This document shows, piece by piece, positions 34,455 to 45,400 of a stretch of 64,000 nucleotides of DNA. Source of the stretch: an uncultured virus (IMG/VR IMGVR_UViG_3300020046_005824). Taxonomy: Duplodnaviria > Heunggongvirae > Uroviricota > Caudoviricetes. Position 1 is the first letter of the stretch; every line of letters starts with the position of its first letter. The notes beneath the pieces were generated by a model. That model had not been told where the DNA came from. It did not search any database and saw nothing but the letters and a program-made list of their open reading frames with translations. The translations under genes and the position numbers were made by a program. The stretch is taken from IMG/VR virus record IMGVR_UViG_3300020046_005824. The stretch is one strand, 5' to 3'.

Positions 34455-35741
34455 ATGCCGAGCACATACTCTTCAGCGCTGCGCCTTGAATTGATCGGCG
34501 ACGGCGAGCAGGGCGGGACGTGGGGCGATACCACGAATCGCAACCTCGGAACGCTTCTCGAACAGGCGATCACCGGTGGGTTGGCCGTCAGCGTCACTGC
34601 GGGCAATGTCACACTGACCGAAAACGACGGCCTCTCGGATGAATCACGCAACGCATATCTGAAGTTCACGGGCACACCCGGCACGGCGCGCAACGTGATT
34701 GCGCCCGATGCCGCGAAGTTGTATTTTGTCTACAACGCGTCAGACTCTACGGTCACACTGAAGAGCGCGACGCAGACCGGCTTCGCTGTTGGCGCCGGCC
34801 AGTACGCCGTTGTTTACCTGTACGCCGCTGCGACCGCCGAAGGCGCGCGGTTCTCTTCGGTATCCTCCGCCGGCGTGATCACCGCGGCGCTGACTGGCAA
34901 CGTGACGGGCAACTTGACCGGCAACGTGACGGGCAACGTGACCGGAAACGTCACCGGCAACGTGACGGGTAACCTGACCGGAAACGTCACGGGCAATCTC
35001 ACGGGGGCCGTTACGGGCACCGCGAGCGGCAATACAACGCCAGCGAACATCCAGAACCAGACGAATCGCGCGTTCACAACTGGGGGGACAGCGTCGGCGT
35101 TCACCGGTGGAACGACTCCGGCGCTGACTGCGCTGGCAGAGAATCAGAGCTTTGACGTCGAGTTTCACACTGCGAGTTCTGGCGCGGCCACGCTCAACAT
35201 CGACAGCCAAGGCGCAGTCGCGCTCATGTACCGGAACAAGGCCGGTACGAAGACTTCCGTTGCGGCGCTCATTCCATCTGGGTGGCGCAGCGAAGTGACG
35301 TACGACGGCACGGACTACATCGTGCGCGAGTTGCCGCAGTGGCCGCCGAGCTTCTACTTCGGCAACGGCTGGATTAACGCAGGTTCGTTCAATAGTTCAT
35401 CGTTTACGTCGTTGTATGTCGCGACGACGAGTGTGAGTAACAACTCCGGATTTTCCTCTGGGACCGTTACAGTTCCGTATTCTGGGTGGTATGAAGTCAT
35501 TTGCCCCCGCATGTCCTACAGCTACATCAGCGGCACCGTGACGAGCGTTGACTTCCGCGTCGGGCACAACGGGTCGAACATCAACCCTGAGTTTTCGCTG
35601 ACTGCGGACACGCAGCGGATGGCGTTTCATGTCGTGTTCGCTGTCACTGCTGGTGACACCGTGGAGTTCCGTGGCCGCGTAACTGGCGGTGGTACGGTCG
35701 GGTATTCTCTGGTCGGCGTGCAGATGCGGATGCTGTCATGA
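34455..35741 (+). CDS. Tail fibre-like protein with (GNVT)n repeats
   Basis: GEQGGTWGDTTN N-terminus; 12-bp repeats at about 34893-35010. Confidence 0.75.
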   Translation: MPSTYSSALRLELIGDGEQGGTWGDTTNRNLGTLLEQAITGGLAVSVTAGNVTLTENDGLSDESRNAYLKFTGTPGTARNVIAPDAAKLYFVYNASDSTVTLKSATQTGFAVGAGQYAVVYLYAAATAEGARFSSVSSAGVITAALTGNVTGNLTGNVTGNVTGNVTGNVTGNLTGNVTGNLTGAVTGTASGNTTPANIQNQTNRAFTTGGTASAFTGGTTPALTALAENQSFDVEFHTASSGAATLNIDSQGAVALMYRNKAGTKTSVAALIPSGWRSEVTYDGTDYIVRELPQWPPSFYFGNGWINAGSFNSSSFTSLYVATTSVSNNSGFSSGTVTVPYSGWYEVICPRMSYSYISGTVTSVDFRVGHNGSNINPEFSLTADTQRMAFHVVFAVTAGDTVEFRGRVTGGGTVGYSLVGVQMRMLS

Positions 35742-36139
35742 TCCGTGCCATCTTTCTCCTCCTGCTGTCGGCCCCCGCCGCCGCAACCACAATCGGCCTG
35801 CACCTTGGCAGCGTGCACAGCACGCCCGGCTGGTGCAACTACAACCCCGGCGTGTACATGCGCACCGACGCTGGCCTGACGCTGGGCGCGTACCGCAACA
35901 GCGAATGCACATCGAGCGCCTACGCCGGATGGACGTGGGAAGCGCGCCGCGGGAAGCTGGCCGCAGCCGTTACGGCCGGCGCCGTTACTGGCTACGCTGC
36001 TCGCTCGGTACAATTTTTGCTCGTGCCCAGTATTGCAGTCGACGTCGCCAGTCGTACCGCACTGCGCTTGACCTACATCCCGAAGATCGAGCGCGCCGGT
36101 GCACACGCGCTCCATCTGAGCATTGAGCGCCGGTTCTGA
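35738..36139 (+). CDS. Putative small outer-membrane beta-barrel protein (PagP-like fold suspected)
   Basis: Signal peptide, alternating strands, NYNPG and GAYRNS motifs, C-terminal Phe. Confidence 0.5.
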   Translation: MIRAIFLLLLSAPAAATTIGLHLGSVHSTPGWCNYNPGVYMRTDAGLTLGAYRNSECTSSAYAGWTWEARRGKLAAAVTAGAVTGYAARSVQFLLVPSIAVDVASRTALRLTYIPKIERAGAHALHLSIERRF

Positions 36140-36621
36140 TGATTTCTCTCCCCTACCGCCTCCTCATCCTCGGCCTCATCATCGCGGCCGTGGGTGGGCT
36201 CGGCTTCATGAAGGGCTGGTCGGCGCAGGGCGCACGGTTTGAGAAGTACAAGGTTGATACGGCGCTGGCCACCAAGACGCGCATGATCGAGCGCCAGAAG
36301 ATCGTCAACAAGGTGATCGTTGAAGTTCAGACGGTGCGTGAGGTCGTCGAGAAACAAGGAGTTCAGAATGAAGAACGCATTCGCGAGGCAGCAGCTGCAG
36401 GCGATCTTGATGGTGAGTTGTCTGGCCATTTCCGGCTGCTCTACAACGCCGCCGTCACAGGACTCGGGTTTGAGCGAGCTGACGCCGCTACTGCGCCGCC
36501 CGTCCCCGTTGAAACCGTTGCCCGAGCCCTCCAAGCCAACTTCACCACCTGCCGGAAAAACGAAATCGACCACAACGGTCTGATCGACGCCATCGAGCGA
36601 ATTCAGCGCAAGGAGAAATAA
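36139..36621 (+). CDS. i-spanin (Rz-like)
   Basis: N-terminal TM followed by coiled coil; embedded lipoprotein gene. Confidence 0.75.
   Translation: MISLPYRLLILGLIIAAVGGLGFMKGWSAQGARFEKYKVDTALATKTRMIERQKIVNKVIVEVQTVREVVEKQGVQNEERIREAAAAGDLDGELSGHFRLLYNAAVTGLGFERADAATAPPVPVETVARALQANFTTCRKNEIDHNGLIDAIERIQRKEK
36368..36583 (+). CDS. o-spanin (Rz1-like) lipoprotein embedded in Rz, +1 frame
   Basis: AAGGAG RBS, lipobox LAISGC, Pro-rich mature region. Confidence 0.7.
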   Translation: MKNAFARQQLQAILMVSCLAISGCSTTPPSQDSGLSELTPLLRRPSPLKPLPEPSKPTSPPAGKTKSTTTV

Positions 36622-36622
36622 C

Positions 36623-38536
36623 TTGCCGTTTCAGAAGCTTCAATTTCGCCCGGGGCTGGTTCAAGACGCAACGCGCTACTCCGCGGAGGGCGCGTGGTGG
36701 TCAGGTGACAAAGTCCGTTTCCGCCAAGGATTCCCGCAGAAGATCGGCGGCTGGGCACGCGCGTTCACTGACGTGCTGTATGGCACCTGTCGCGCTGTGA
36801 TTACGTGGATGACGAATACCGGGCAGCAGCTGATGGGATTCGGCACCTCGCGGCGCTATTACGTTCAGACGGGCGGCACGCTGTACGACATCACACCGGT
36901 TGGCTCAACCGCGACGCTGGCAAACCCTCTGACGTCTGCGAATGGCTCTGACGAAATCGTCGTTGCAGATGCCTCGCATGGGCAGCAGGATGGTTCTACG
37001 GTGATCATCTCTGGCGCCACAGGGTTCAATGGGCTCGTCACCGGCGAACTGAACGCTGAACACATCATCCAAGTGATTGACGTCAACAGCTACAAGATCA
37101 AGGTGGCTACGCCGGCTTCGGGCAACGGCGCCGGCGGCGGCGCGACTGTTACCCTGACCTATCTCATCTTCCCCGGCGCTGACATGATCAGCTACTCCGG
37201 TGGATGGGGTACTTCTGGTTGGGGGTCTGGCGGGTGGGGATCGTCGTACACGTCGACTACAGTGACTACGCAGGTAGCGTTGTGGACACACGACAACTAC
37301 GGTGAAGACCTTTTCGCCGCGGTTCGTGGCGGCCCACTGTATTGCTGGCAGTACGCCAGTGGGACTGGGCTCTCTACGCGCATGGAGTTGGCTACAACGT
37401 TTTCTGCGACGCTGCCTGTGCCCCCGGACCCGGCGTGGATTCCGACGGCGGTGAACGTCATCGTGTTCAGCGGGAATTCTGATTTGCTCGTTGCGTGCGG
37501 GGTGAACCAGTCGGACACGTCCACGGATTTGGACCCGATGTTCGTGCGGTGGTCGGATCAGAGCAATCCCTACGATTGGGAGCCTCGGGACGACAATCAG
37601 GCCGGCGGCCAGCGACTGTCCTCTGGGTCGGAGATCGTAGCTGCGAAGCGTTCTCGACAGGAGCTCTTGATCTGGACGGATACCGCGCTCTACTCTTCGC
37701 AGTATGTCGGTCCCCCGGATGTCCTGTCGCTCATCGCTGTCAGCGAGAATATCTCCATTATGGGTCCGAACGCTGCGGCTGTACGCAACGGCGTAGCGTA
37801 CTGGATGGGCACTTCCAAGTTCTACGTCTACGATGGGTCGGTTCGCGCGATCCCGTGCCCGATTCTGACACGTGTGTTTGGCAATATCAGCGTGCCGAAT
37901 CGGTATCAGGTGTTCGCCGGAATCGTAGAAGAGTTCGACGAAATTATCTGGCACTACTGCTCATTCGACGCTGATTTGCCCGACCGCTACGCCGCGTTCA
38001 ACGCCGCGACGCAGGAGTGGACATTCGGCACGTTCGACCGTACGGCTTGGGTGTACTCACCTTTTGACGGCCTGCCCGTCGCCGCGCAGCCGAATGCGAC
38101 TACGGACGTGTGGGGCGACACAGTTTACGAGTCCACCATCTTGTTTCACGAGGTCGGCAACGACGACAATTCGACCGGTACGCCGGTAGGCATGGAAGCG
38201 TTCATCGAGTCCGCTGACTTCGATATCGGAGAGGGGCACCAGTTCTCATTCGTCACGCACGTCATCCCCGACGTGCGTTTTGACGGCTCTACCGGAACTG
38301 ACCCGTCGCTGACCATGACGTTGACTCCGCGCAATCAGCCCGGGAATGCGTATGAATCCGAGCCGGCGGAATCCGTCATCCGCAGCGCGACGCTGCCTGT
38401 GGAGCAGTACACACCCATGCTGTATGTGCGCCTGCGCGGCCGGCAGATGAAGCTGCGCATTGACAGCAGCGATCTCGGCGTGCAGTGGCGCCTCGGCGTC
38501 CCTCGCGTATCGATTCGCCCCGACGGCCGGCGCTGA
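36623..38536 (+). CDS. Tail tubular protein B/nozzle-like protein
   Basis: AAGGAG plus TTG start; VRWSDQ, ESADFDIGEG, VRLRGRQ, ends DGRR. Confidence 0.75.
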   Translation: MPFQKLQFRPGLVQDATRYSAEGAWWSGDKVRFRQGFPQKIGGWARAFTDVLYGTCRAVITWMTNTGQQLMGFGTSRRYYVQTGGTLYDITPVGSTATLANPLTSANGSDEIVVADASHGQQDGSTVIISGATGFNGLVTGELNAEHIIQVIDVNSYKIKVATPASGNGAGGGATVTLTYLIFPGADMISYSGGWGTSGWGSGGWGSSYTSTTVTTQVALWTHDNYGEDLFAAVRGGPLYCWQYASGTGLSTRMELATTFSATLPVPPDPAWIPTAVNVIVFSGNSDLLVACGVNQSDTSTDLDPMFVRWSDQSNPYDWEPRDDNQAGGQRLSSGSEIVAAKRSRQELLIWTDTALYSSQYVGPPDVLSLIAVSENISIMGPNAAAVRNGVAYWMGTSKFYVYDGSVRAIPCPILTRVFGNISVPNRYQVFAGIVEEFDEIIWHYCSFDADLPDRYAAFNAATQEWTFGTFDRTAWVYSPFDGLPVAAQPNATTDVWGDTVYESTILFHEVGNDDNSTGTPVGMEAFIESADFDIGEGHQFSFVTHVIPDVRFDGSTGTDPSLTMTLTPRNQPGNAYESEPAESVIRSATLPVEQYTPMLYVRLRGRQMKLRIDSSDLGVQWRLGVPRVSIRPDGRR

Positions 38537-38537
38537 T

Positions 38538-38777
38538 ATGGCTACTCGTCTTCCTGTTCTCCCCGAGCTTCCAGCTGACGCTCCGGAATGGGCGCGTACG
38601 CTCAATCAAAATCTTCGCACCTACTTCCAGATCGCAGCGAATCCTGCCACAATTGGGGCTGCGAAGATTCTTCTTCCGTTCGATCGTTTCCCCACAGACG
38701 CAAATTTGGCCAATTTGCGGCAAGGGGAGGTGTATCGGGATACCACGGCGGCCGACGTTTTGAAAGTGAAAACTTAA
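38538..38777 (+). CDS. Small hypothetical virion protein (MATRLPVLP...)
   Basis: Fills the gap between coupled genes. Confidence 0.6.
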   Translation: MATRLPVLPELPADAPEWARTLNQNLRTYFQIAANPATIGAAKILLPFDRFPTDANLANLRQGEVYRDTTAADVLKVKT

Positions 38778-39777
38778 ATGTTCTGGATGCTCGCCCCCTT
38801 TCTCGGTCAAGCGATGGGCATGACAGCCGGCGCGACCGCTGCCCTCGGCGCTGGTATCGGCGCTGCCACCAACAAAGACAATCCCTTGATGGGCGCCGTC
38901 TCCGGCGGTCTCGGCGCGTTCGGCGGCGCGAACATGCTCGGCGCCGCGAAGGACTTCGGCACTGGCGCAGCTGCGGATGTCATGGCTGGGGGCGCGACCA
39001 ACGGCGCGGCTCCGAACATTGGGCAAAGCCTTTTGGGTCCGCAAACGACGCCGTCGTTGGTCAATCCTCTTGGCGGTGGTATGGGCGCGCCCATCCCCGG
39101 TATGACGCCACCGGCAGCGCCCGGTGCATCACTTTTTGGCGGTGCCGGTGTGAATACTCCGTCGTGGGGCGCGCTGGGCGCAACGCCGGCGCCCGCAGCG
39201 CCTTCCGGGTTCAACATTTCTACCCCGCTGATGAACGCTACGCCGCAGGCGTCGTTGAGCGACGGCATGAGCGCGGTCATGAAGGACCCGGGCGGCTACT
39301 TCAAGAGCCTCGACAGCATGAAGACCATCTACCCGCTCGCGGGCAGCGCGATGCTGGGCGGCTTCAACAAGCCGGTCAAAGAGGTTGAGGAAGAAGGCAG
39401 CAACGTCAAGGCCAAGGACATCAAGTACACCCACTATGGCGAGAATGCCACGCCCACGTCGAACGGTCCGCACTGGTCGAGCGAGATGTCGTACTTCTCG
39501 CCGGTGGCGCGCGCTCGCGGCGGCCCCATTGATCCGCACGCCGAGCACGGCGATGGTATGGACGACGCAACCCCGGCGCTGATTGACGGTAAGCAGCCCG
39601 CTGCGCTCGGCTCTGGTGAATACGTCATGGACGCGACCACTGTGGCGCATCTCGGTAATGGCTCCTCCGCCGCCGGGTTCAAGAAGCTGGACAAGATGCG
39701 CGAGCGCGTCAACAAGGCGCGCACCGGCGGCCTCGCGNNNNNNNNNNATCAACCCTGAGAAGTACATGCCGGCATGA
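38778..39777 (+). CDS. Gly/Ala-rich internal virion (ejection) protein, spans an assembly gap
   Basis: GDGMDD..PA...GEYV...LGNGSS motif; probable end INPEKYMPA after the N gap. Confidence 0.6.
39738..39747. other. Assembly gap (10 N)
   Basis: N run in the sequence. Confidence 1.
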
Positions 39778-40196
39778 GCTTTCGGTTTGCACTCATTCCG
39801 AAGCACAGCGTGGTGCGTACGTTTGGCGCGCGCCTTGATTTGCTCGAGCGCTTGGCCGCGGAGACTGAGGGGAGGGCGAGCCCTGACTCGATCATGCAAG
39901 TGGCGCTTCAGGGGAATGTGATGGTGTGGGTGCTGTACTTCGACGGTGCTCCGGTTGGGTTTATGACGGCGCTGTTTACGCCGCTGGAAATGGGCAGGGC
40001 GTTTCGGATCGTCGACGCGGTAGCGGATACCGGTACGATGGAAGCGGCGGGTGAGCTGGTGCAGTCAACGCTGGAAACGTATGCGAAGGTGTCTGAGTGC
40101 CGGTGGATTGAATTTGAAGGCCGTCGCGGTTGGCGCGGCTGGGCGCGCAAAGCTGGTTACGACGAGCGGCGCGTCATCTACGTGAAAGAGGTGTGA
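39774..40196 (+). CDS. Hypothetical protein, acetyltransferase-like fold suspected
   Basis: IEFEGRRGW motif; position among podovirus internal genes. Confidence 0.55.
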   Translation: MSFRFALIPKHSVVRTFGARLDLLERLAAETEGRASPDSIMQVALQGNVMVWVLYFDGAPVGFMTALFTPLEMGRAFRIVDAVADTGTMEAAGELVQSTLETYAKVSECRWIEFEGRRGWRGWARKAGYDERRVIYVKEV

Positions 40197-40197
40197 T

Positions 40198-41187
40198 ATG
40201 GGCGGCGGCGGTGGCGGCGGACAAAGCACGACGCAGGTTCGGTCTCTCGATCCGAAACTTGCGCCGTACGCAGAGGCGACGGTAAGCGAGGCGCAGAATG
40301 TTGCGTCGACGCCGTATCAAGCATACGGCGGGCAGCGCATCGCCGACTTCAACAACTTCCAGACCGGCGCAATGGACAAAGTGGCCGAGATGGAAGTGCC
40401 GGGACAGTACGGCACGGCCACTGGGCTCGCGGGCGCGGCGGCTACTCAGGGTGGCGCTGGCACAGCCGGTCAGATGGGTCTGGCCAGCGGGATGATGGGG
40501 TCACAGACCGGCCGGTTCACCGACGGCGGTGTGGCTGCGTCGTACATGAATCCGTACGTCGAGAACGTTCTCAACACGCGCATGCGGTTGGCGAATGAGC
40601 AGTTCTCTGGCCAGCTCAATGCGGCGAACGCGAAATCGGTCGGGACCGGCGGTCTCGGCGGCTACCGCAATCAGCTGACGAACGCGCAGATGCGCGACGA
40701 TCACATGCGCAACATGGATGACATCGTGTCGTCTGGCTTGAATACCGCGTATGACAAAGCTGGCACGATGTACGGCACGGATGAAGCGCGTCAACTGCAG
40801 GCTGCGCAGCAGCGGGGGCAGCTCGGCGCAAGCCTGTACGGGACCGACATCGAGGGCCGCAAAACGGGGCTCGCCGCAGCGGGGCAACTTACCGACATCG
40901 GTGAGAAGCAGTTCGGCGCACAGGGTCAGCTCGCTGACGCGTGGAACAAGGTCGGGTCGCAGATCGAAGGCAAGGAGCAGGCCGGCCTTACGCAGGCGTA
41001 CGACGACTGGCAGACCCAGCGCGACTACGCCAAGGACCAGCTCGGCTGGATGACGAGCATCATCTACGGCAACCCGATGGCCACGGCCACGCAAACTCGC
41101 AACACGACGTCTGGCGGCGCCGGCGGCCTCGGCTCGGGACTGAGCTCCGCTGCGCTGTACGGTCTCGCCAACAAAGCACTGGGGTAA
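40198..41187 (+). CDS. Putative DNA ejection protein
   Basis: MGGGGGG start, YQAYGGQRIA, YMNPY; Gln/Gly/Ala-rich. Confidence 0.7.
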   Translation: MGGGGGGGQSTTQVRSLDPKLAPYAEATVSEAQNVASTPYQAYGGQRIADFNNFQTGAMDKVAEMEVPGQYGTATGLAGAAATQGGAGTAGQMGLASGMMGSQTGRFTDGGVAASYMNPYVENVLNTRMRLANEQFSGQLNAANAKSVGTGGLGGYRNQLTNAQMRDDHMRNMDDIVSSGLNTAYDKAGTMYGTDEARQLQAAQQRGQLGASLYGTDIEGRKTGLAAAGQLTDIGEKQFGAQGQLADAWNKVGSQIEGKEQAGLTQAYDDWQTQRDYAKDQLGWMTSIIYGNPMATATQTRNTTSGGAGGLGSGLSSAALYGLANKALG

Positions 41188-41190
41188 GTC

Positions 41191-42444
41191 ATGCTGTCGA
41201 AAACTCTTCCGGACATGAGCAAGTTCACGGACGAGCAGCTCGTCCAGATCGTGCGCGACGGCTCCGCCGCAGGCGGGATTGCGCCGTCGCTCGCGCTCAC
41301 CGAATTGCAGCGTCGCAAGCAGCTCCGCGCCGGCGCGAACCGGCCGCCAGAAGCCTCGATGGCGGAGATGGCTGCTCCACAGATGCCCGTCCAGCAGTTT
41401 CAGGTCGGCGGGGGCGTGCCGGACCTCCAGCTCACCCCTGTACCGTCTGGCACGCCGCAGTACCAGCCGTGGGTTCCTTTTACCCCGCCGCCCAAACAAC
41501 CATTGGTGGTGCGCGGTGCCCCACCGAAAGCGCAAGAGAAGAAAGACCCGGCGCTCCCTGTGACGGACGAGCCCCAGCGCGCGGGGCTGGGTATGGCGGT
41601 GCCTCCGAAGAAGTCTTTTGAGGAGTACCTCGCCATGGTGCGCGGTGCTACCGGCGAATTCGACGGCGAAGCGCCGAAAGCGTTGACCCCCGAAGAACTG
41701 CAGAGCGCTGCCGACGCGTGGAGCCAGCGGTACGGTACGGACTACAGCAAGTACGAGGGTGGCCTGACCAAGCGTCGCGAGGAGATGGGCGATCGCGAAA
41801 ATCGCGCGTTCAAGGCCGGGCTGCTGGCGGCGTTCGGCCGCGGCGTGCAGGGTGGCCCGAATCGCGGCGCTGCGTGGGGCTCCGGCATCATCAGCGGTAT
41901 CCAAGCCGCAGACGGCGCGCGTGACAAGTTCAACCGCGAAGCGCGCGACATCGACGGCGAACTGCTCGGCATTGCCAAAGCTCGTGCCGCTGAAGGTCGT
42001 GGGTTCGGCGATATGGCGTTGCGCATGGAAACTGAGAATCGTGGCGCGCGTCGGGACTACACGACCGCCAAACGCAATTGGAACAAGGACACTGGGCTTA
42101 CCGCTCTCGGCCTGCTCAAGAGCGACGAAGCCGAGCGCCGCGCGGCGTCGCGCGGGCTCGCAGGCGCAGCCGCGGGCGGAGAGAAATTGGGTAAGCCTGA
42201 TCCGAAACTGATGGAACAGGCAAACGCGCACGCTGAGCAAGACCCAGCACTGAAAGAGGCGGCGGACGCAATCAAGACCGCGAGTACACCCGAGCTCCGC
42301 GCCAAGGCGTATGAGCGGTACAACGCTATCAAGCTCGCGGGTGTGCGCGATTACTTGCAAAATTATGCTGGTGAAGCCCAGTACGGCAACCGCGCGCCGC
42401 GCGCCGGCGCCGGTGGCGTCGTATATCTCCCCAATAAGAAATGA
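41191..42444 (+). CDS. Putative internal virion protein
   Basis: Position; ATGA coupling to the giant ORF. Confidence 0.65.
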   Translation: MLSKTLPDMSKFTDEQLVQIVRDGSAAGGIAPSLALTELQRRKQLRAGANRPPEASMAEMAAPQMPVQQFQVGGGVPDLQLTPVPSGTPQYQPWVPFTPPPKQPLVVRGAPPKAQEKKDPALPVTDEPQRAGLGMAVPPKKSFEEYLAMVRGATGEFDGEAPKALTPEELQSAADAWSQRYGTDYSKYEGGLTKRREEMGDRENRAFKAGLLAAFGRGVQGGPNRGAAWGSGIISGIQAADGARDKFNREARDIDGELLGIAKARAAEGRGFGDMALRMETENRGARRDYTTAKRNWNKDTGLTALGLLKSDEAERRAASRGLAGAAAGGEKLGKPDPKLMEQANAHAEQDPALKEAADAIKTASTPELRAKAYERYNAIKLAGVRDYLQNYAGEAQYGNRAPRAGAGGVVYLPNKK

Positions 42445-45400
42445 AGAAATTTCGCCACCCCGTAACGGGGCAGGTATTTCAGTTCGATGATGACGTCGAT
42501 GGGAATCGTGCGCGCGAATTGATGGACGACTACTACCGCGAGCAAGCGGAAGTGGCCCACAAACTTCGCATGGACAACCTGCGGGCGAACAATAATTCAC
42601 TGGCGTACGGCGCCAAGAAGAGCTTCCAGCAGTTCATTCCGGGCCTGCGCAATGCGCTCGGCGCGGGGGCCAAGTTTCTCGGCGCGGACGAGTTCGGTCG
42701 CGCAGCGACTGACAACGCCAACGCCGAACTCGCGCGGATCGAGGAGGAACGGCCGACGTTGTACGACTCGTTCTCCGAGAATCCACTCGGGTACACCGGC
42801 GAGATGATCGGCCAACAGGCTGCCCCGATGCTGTCGATGGTGGCTGGTGGTTGGGCCGGCGCGGCCGGTAAGGCAGGCGCCCTCCCCGCTGGCGCCGCTC
42901 GCGCCGCTGCCATGCAGCGCGGTGGGCTGATGGCCGCTGCCGCTGTTGGTTACCCGCAACATGTCGGTGAAAATTTTGGCCAGTACGCGCGCGAGTATGG
43001 ATACGACGCTGCGCCGGCTGGCACCGCGCTCGCCGTGGCCGCGCCGCAGACCGCGCTGGACACGCTCAGCTTGGGCCGACTGGCTAAAGGATTCGGCGCG
43101 CCAGTGATGCGCGAGATGTCTGAAAAAGGGCTCGGAGCGATCGCCGACCGCGGGATGCTCTCCAATATCGGCCGCTACGCCGCGCGGGAGATTCCGGCCA
43201 GCATGGCCCACGAAGGGGGCACGGAATTCGCGCAGGAGGCGCTGAAGATCGGCGGCGGGGCGTGGGGCACCGGTGGTAGCCCCATGGACGAATTGCGCCG
43301 CCCTGAGCGCATCGACCAGATGCTCGACGCCGCTGGCAGCGGCGCGCTCGTTGGCGGTGTGTTTGGCGGCCTCGGTGGCGCCCGGCAAGGGGTTGGCGCT
43401 CGCGGTGGAGCGCAGGAAGAGCTCGCTCGGCGTCAAGCTCAGCTCTCGGAAATGCCCGTTGACGCGCCGGTTGCACCGCCAATGGACGAAGCGCCGCCTG
43501 CTACGGACCAATTCGCCATGCGTCGCCGTGTTGCGGCTGTCAATGCGCAGATGGATATGGCTGGCCGCGGTGGACTCGCCGCCGCACAGGCGCAGCAGCC
43601 CGCGGCGCAGGCTGACCCCGAGGAGATGCTCAACGAGCGCGCGATGGAGCTCACAGCCCAGCTGGAGACTATCCGCGAGTTTCACAAAGGTGAGCCCGAG
43701 CAGGGCACTCTCGCCCGCGTACAGTACGACCAACTGCTGAGTCAGCTGGCCCAGACTCAGTCCGAACTGGAGACGATCTGGGCGAACACGGTGACACCGT
43801 ACAACGCCAACGCGAATCGCCCCACACTGCCTCCGACAGCGCAACCCGGCCAGATTGGCGAGCTGTTCACCGATCTCCCGGTTCCGAAACAGCCCAAGCC
43901 GAAGAAGATGGTCGAGGACGCGTATGTCCCACCCGAAGAGCGCAACTACCTGAAACCAGCCAACCAGCGCACGGAACCCGTGGATTCCACGGGCGCGCTG
44001 CTGGATGACACGCCCGAGAAGCGCGACAAGCTGATGGCCCCGCTGCAGGCCGCCGGCATTGCGCCAGTGCAGGATACGCGCCCGCTGGCGCTCCTGCGCC
44101 TGACGCCGTACCAGCGCGCCGCTGCGCAGCTCTACGACAAGATGTCGCGCCTGCAAGTGGATGTTGGCGAGCCTTCACAGCGCGGTATGTTCGCCGGTGA
44201 GCTGCGCCGCCTCGCCGAGACCCCCGGCGCCACGCCCGAGCAAGCAGCTGGACTGCAAGCGCTGCGCGAGGCTCTGGAGCCGCCGGTAGATTTCGGCAAG
44301 ATGGTTGCGGAGATTGCGAAGCCAAAGTCCGCAAAACCTGCGGAGAAACCAGCTACGATGCGGCCGGCCAAGGAGGCGCTCCCGGTCGCCGACGAAGCCG
44401 CGGCGGAGAAGGTCTGGGACGCGAACGCCAAAGCGGCGCAGGTATTCAAGTGGGCCGATCTGTCCAAACTGCCGGAGGCGGGCAACGATGTCGCCGGCGT
44501 AGACCCGGAGGCTGACGCTGCGCTGCGCGCCGACGCGCGCCAGAAGTTCGCCGAGTGGGTCACTGCGAATCCCAAAGCGACGCCCGAGGAAACGCGCGCG
44601 GAGATGGCTCGCGCAGTCGAGACGGTCATGAAGCCGCTGGACGCCGAGTACAAAGCCAGCGACATGCAGGAGCACCGCGCCAAAATGAGCGCGGCCGCGG
44701 ATCAGTTCGCTCGTGCGGTGAACCGCAAAGATGCAAAGCTGCAGCGGAAGATCATCTCGGACCTGTCGGAGCACACGAAAGAATGGTCGGCGATGATCGA
44801 CGACGCCTACGTCAAGGGCGAGTTCGATCAACGTCTTGCCGAGCTTGAGGGTAAGGCGCCCGTCAAGAAGACGTGGCGTGAGACCCAGAAAGAGAAGCGC
44901 GAAAAGCCGAAGGAGAAGAAAGCTCCGAAGCGCGAACCCAAGCCCAGCTCCGAAGACAAGGTCGGTGCGCTGGAGGAGGACCTGTACGACGATGACACGT
45001 CGGGCATCCTCGCGCAGAAGCAGCGGCAGAAAGTGCCGTCGTTGCCGGCCACCGCCCGTGCGGCGCTGGAGAAGGGTGACCTCAAGGAGGCGCTTCGCGC
45101 GGCGTACCGCGATCTCACCGGCCCTCTCGCGCGCGAAGCGTGGATTGGGCAGCGCCTCGTGCAGGCGCTGAATCGTGTCGGCGCGCCGGATAAGGTGCGA
45201 GTGGATGCGTCGCTCCCTCACGCCGGGCAGTACGAGTGGGGTGGCGGCCGCTCGGAACTTGTTGTGCGCCCCGATGCAAACGTCGTCACCCTTGCGCACG
45301 AAGCCACGCACCATTTGACTGCTAGCACGATTCAGCGGTACATGGAAAAGAAGGCGCTCTCGCCGGCCGAGACCGCGGCGATGAAGGACTTGCAGGCCGC

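Noticed and set aside
33160..35741. Possible diversity-generating retroelement repeats in tail genes
   Set aside because: No reverse transcriptase in the window; the repeats are in-frame protein repeats, and I saw no adenine-specific mismatch pattern.
39738..39777. Apparent frameshift at the end of the 38778 ORF
   Set aside because: Caused by the 10-N gap of uncertain true length.
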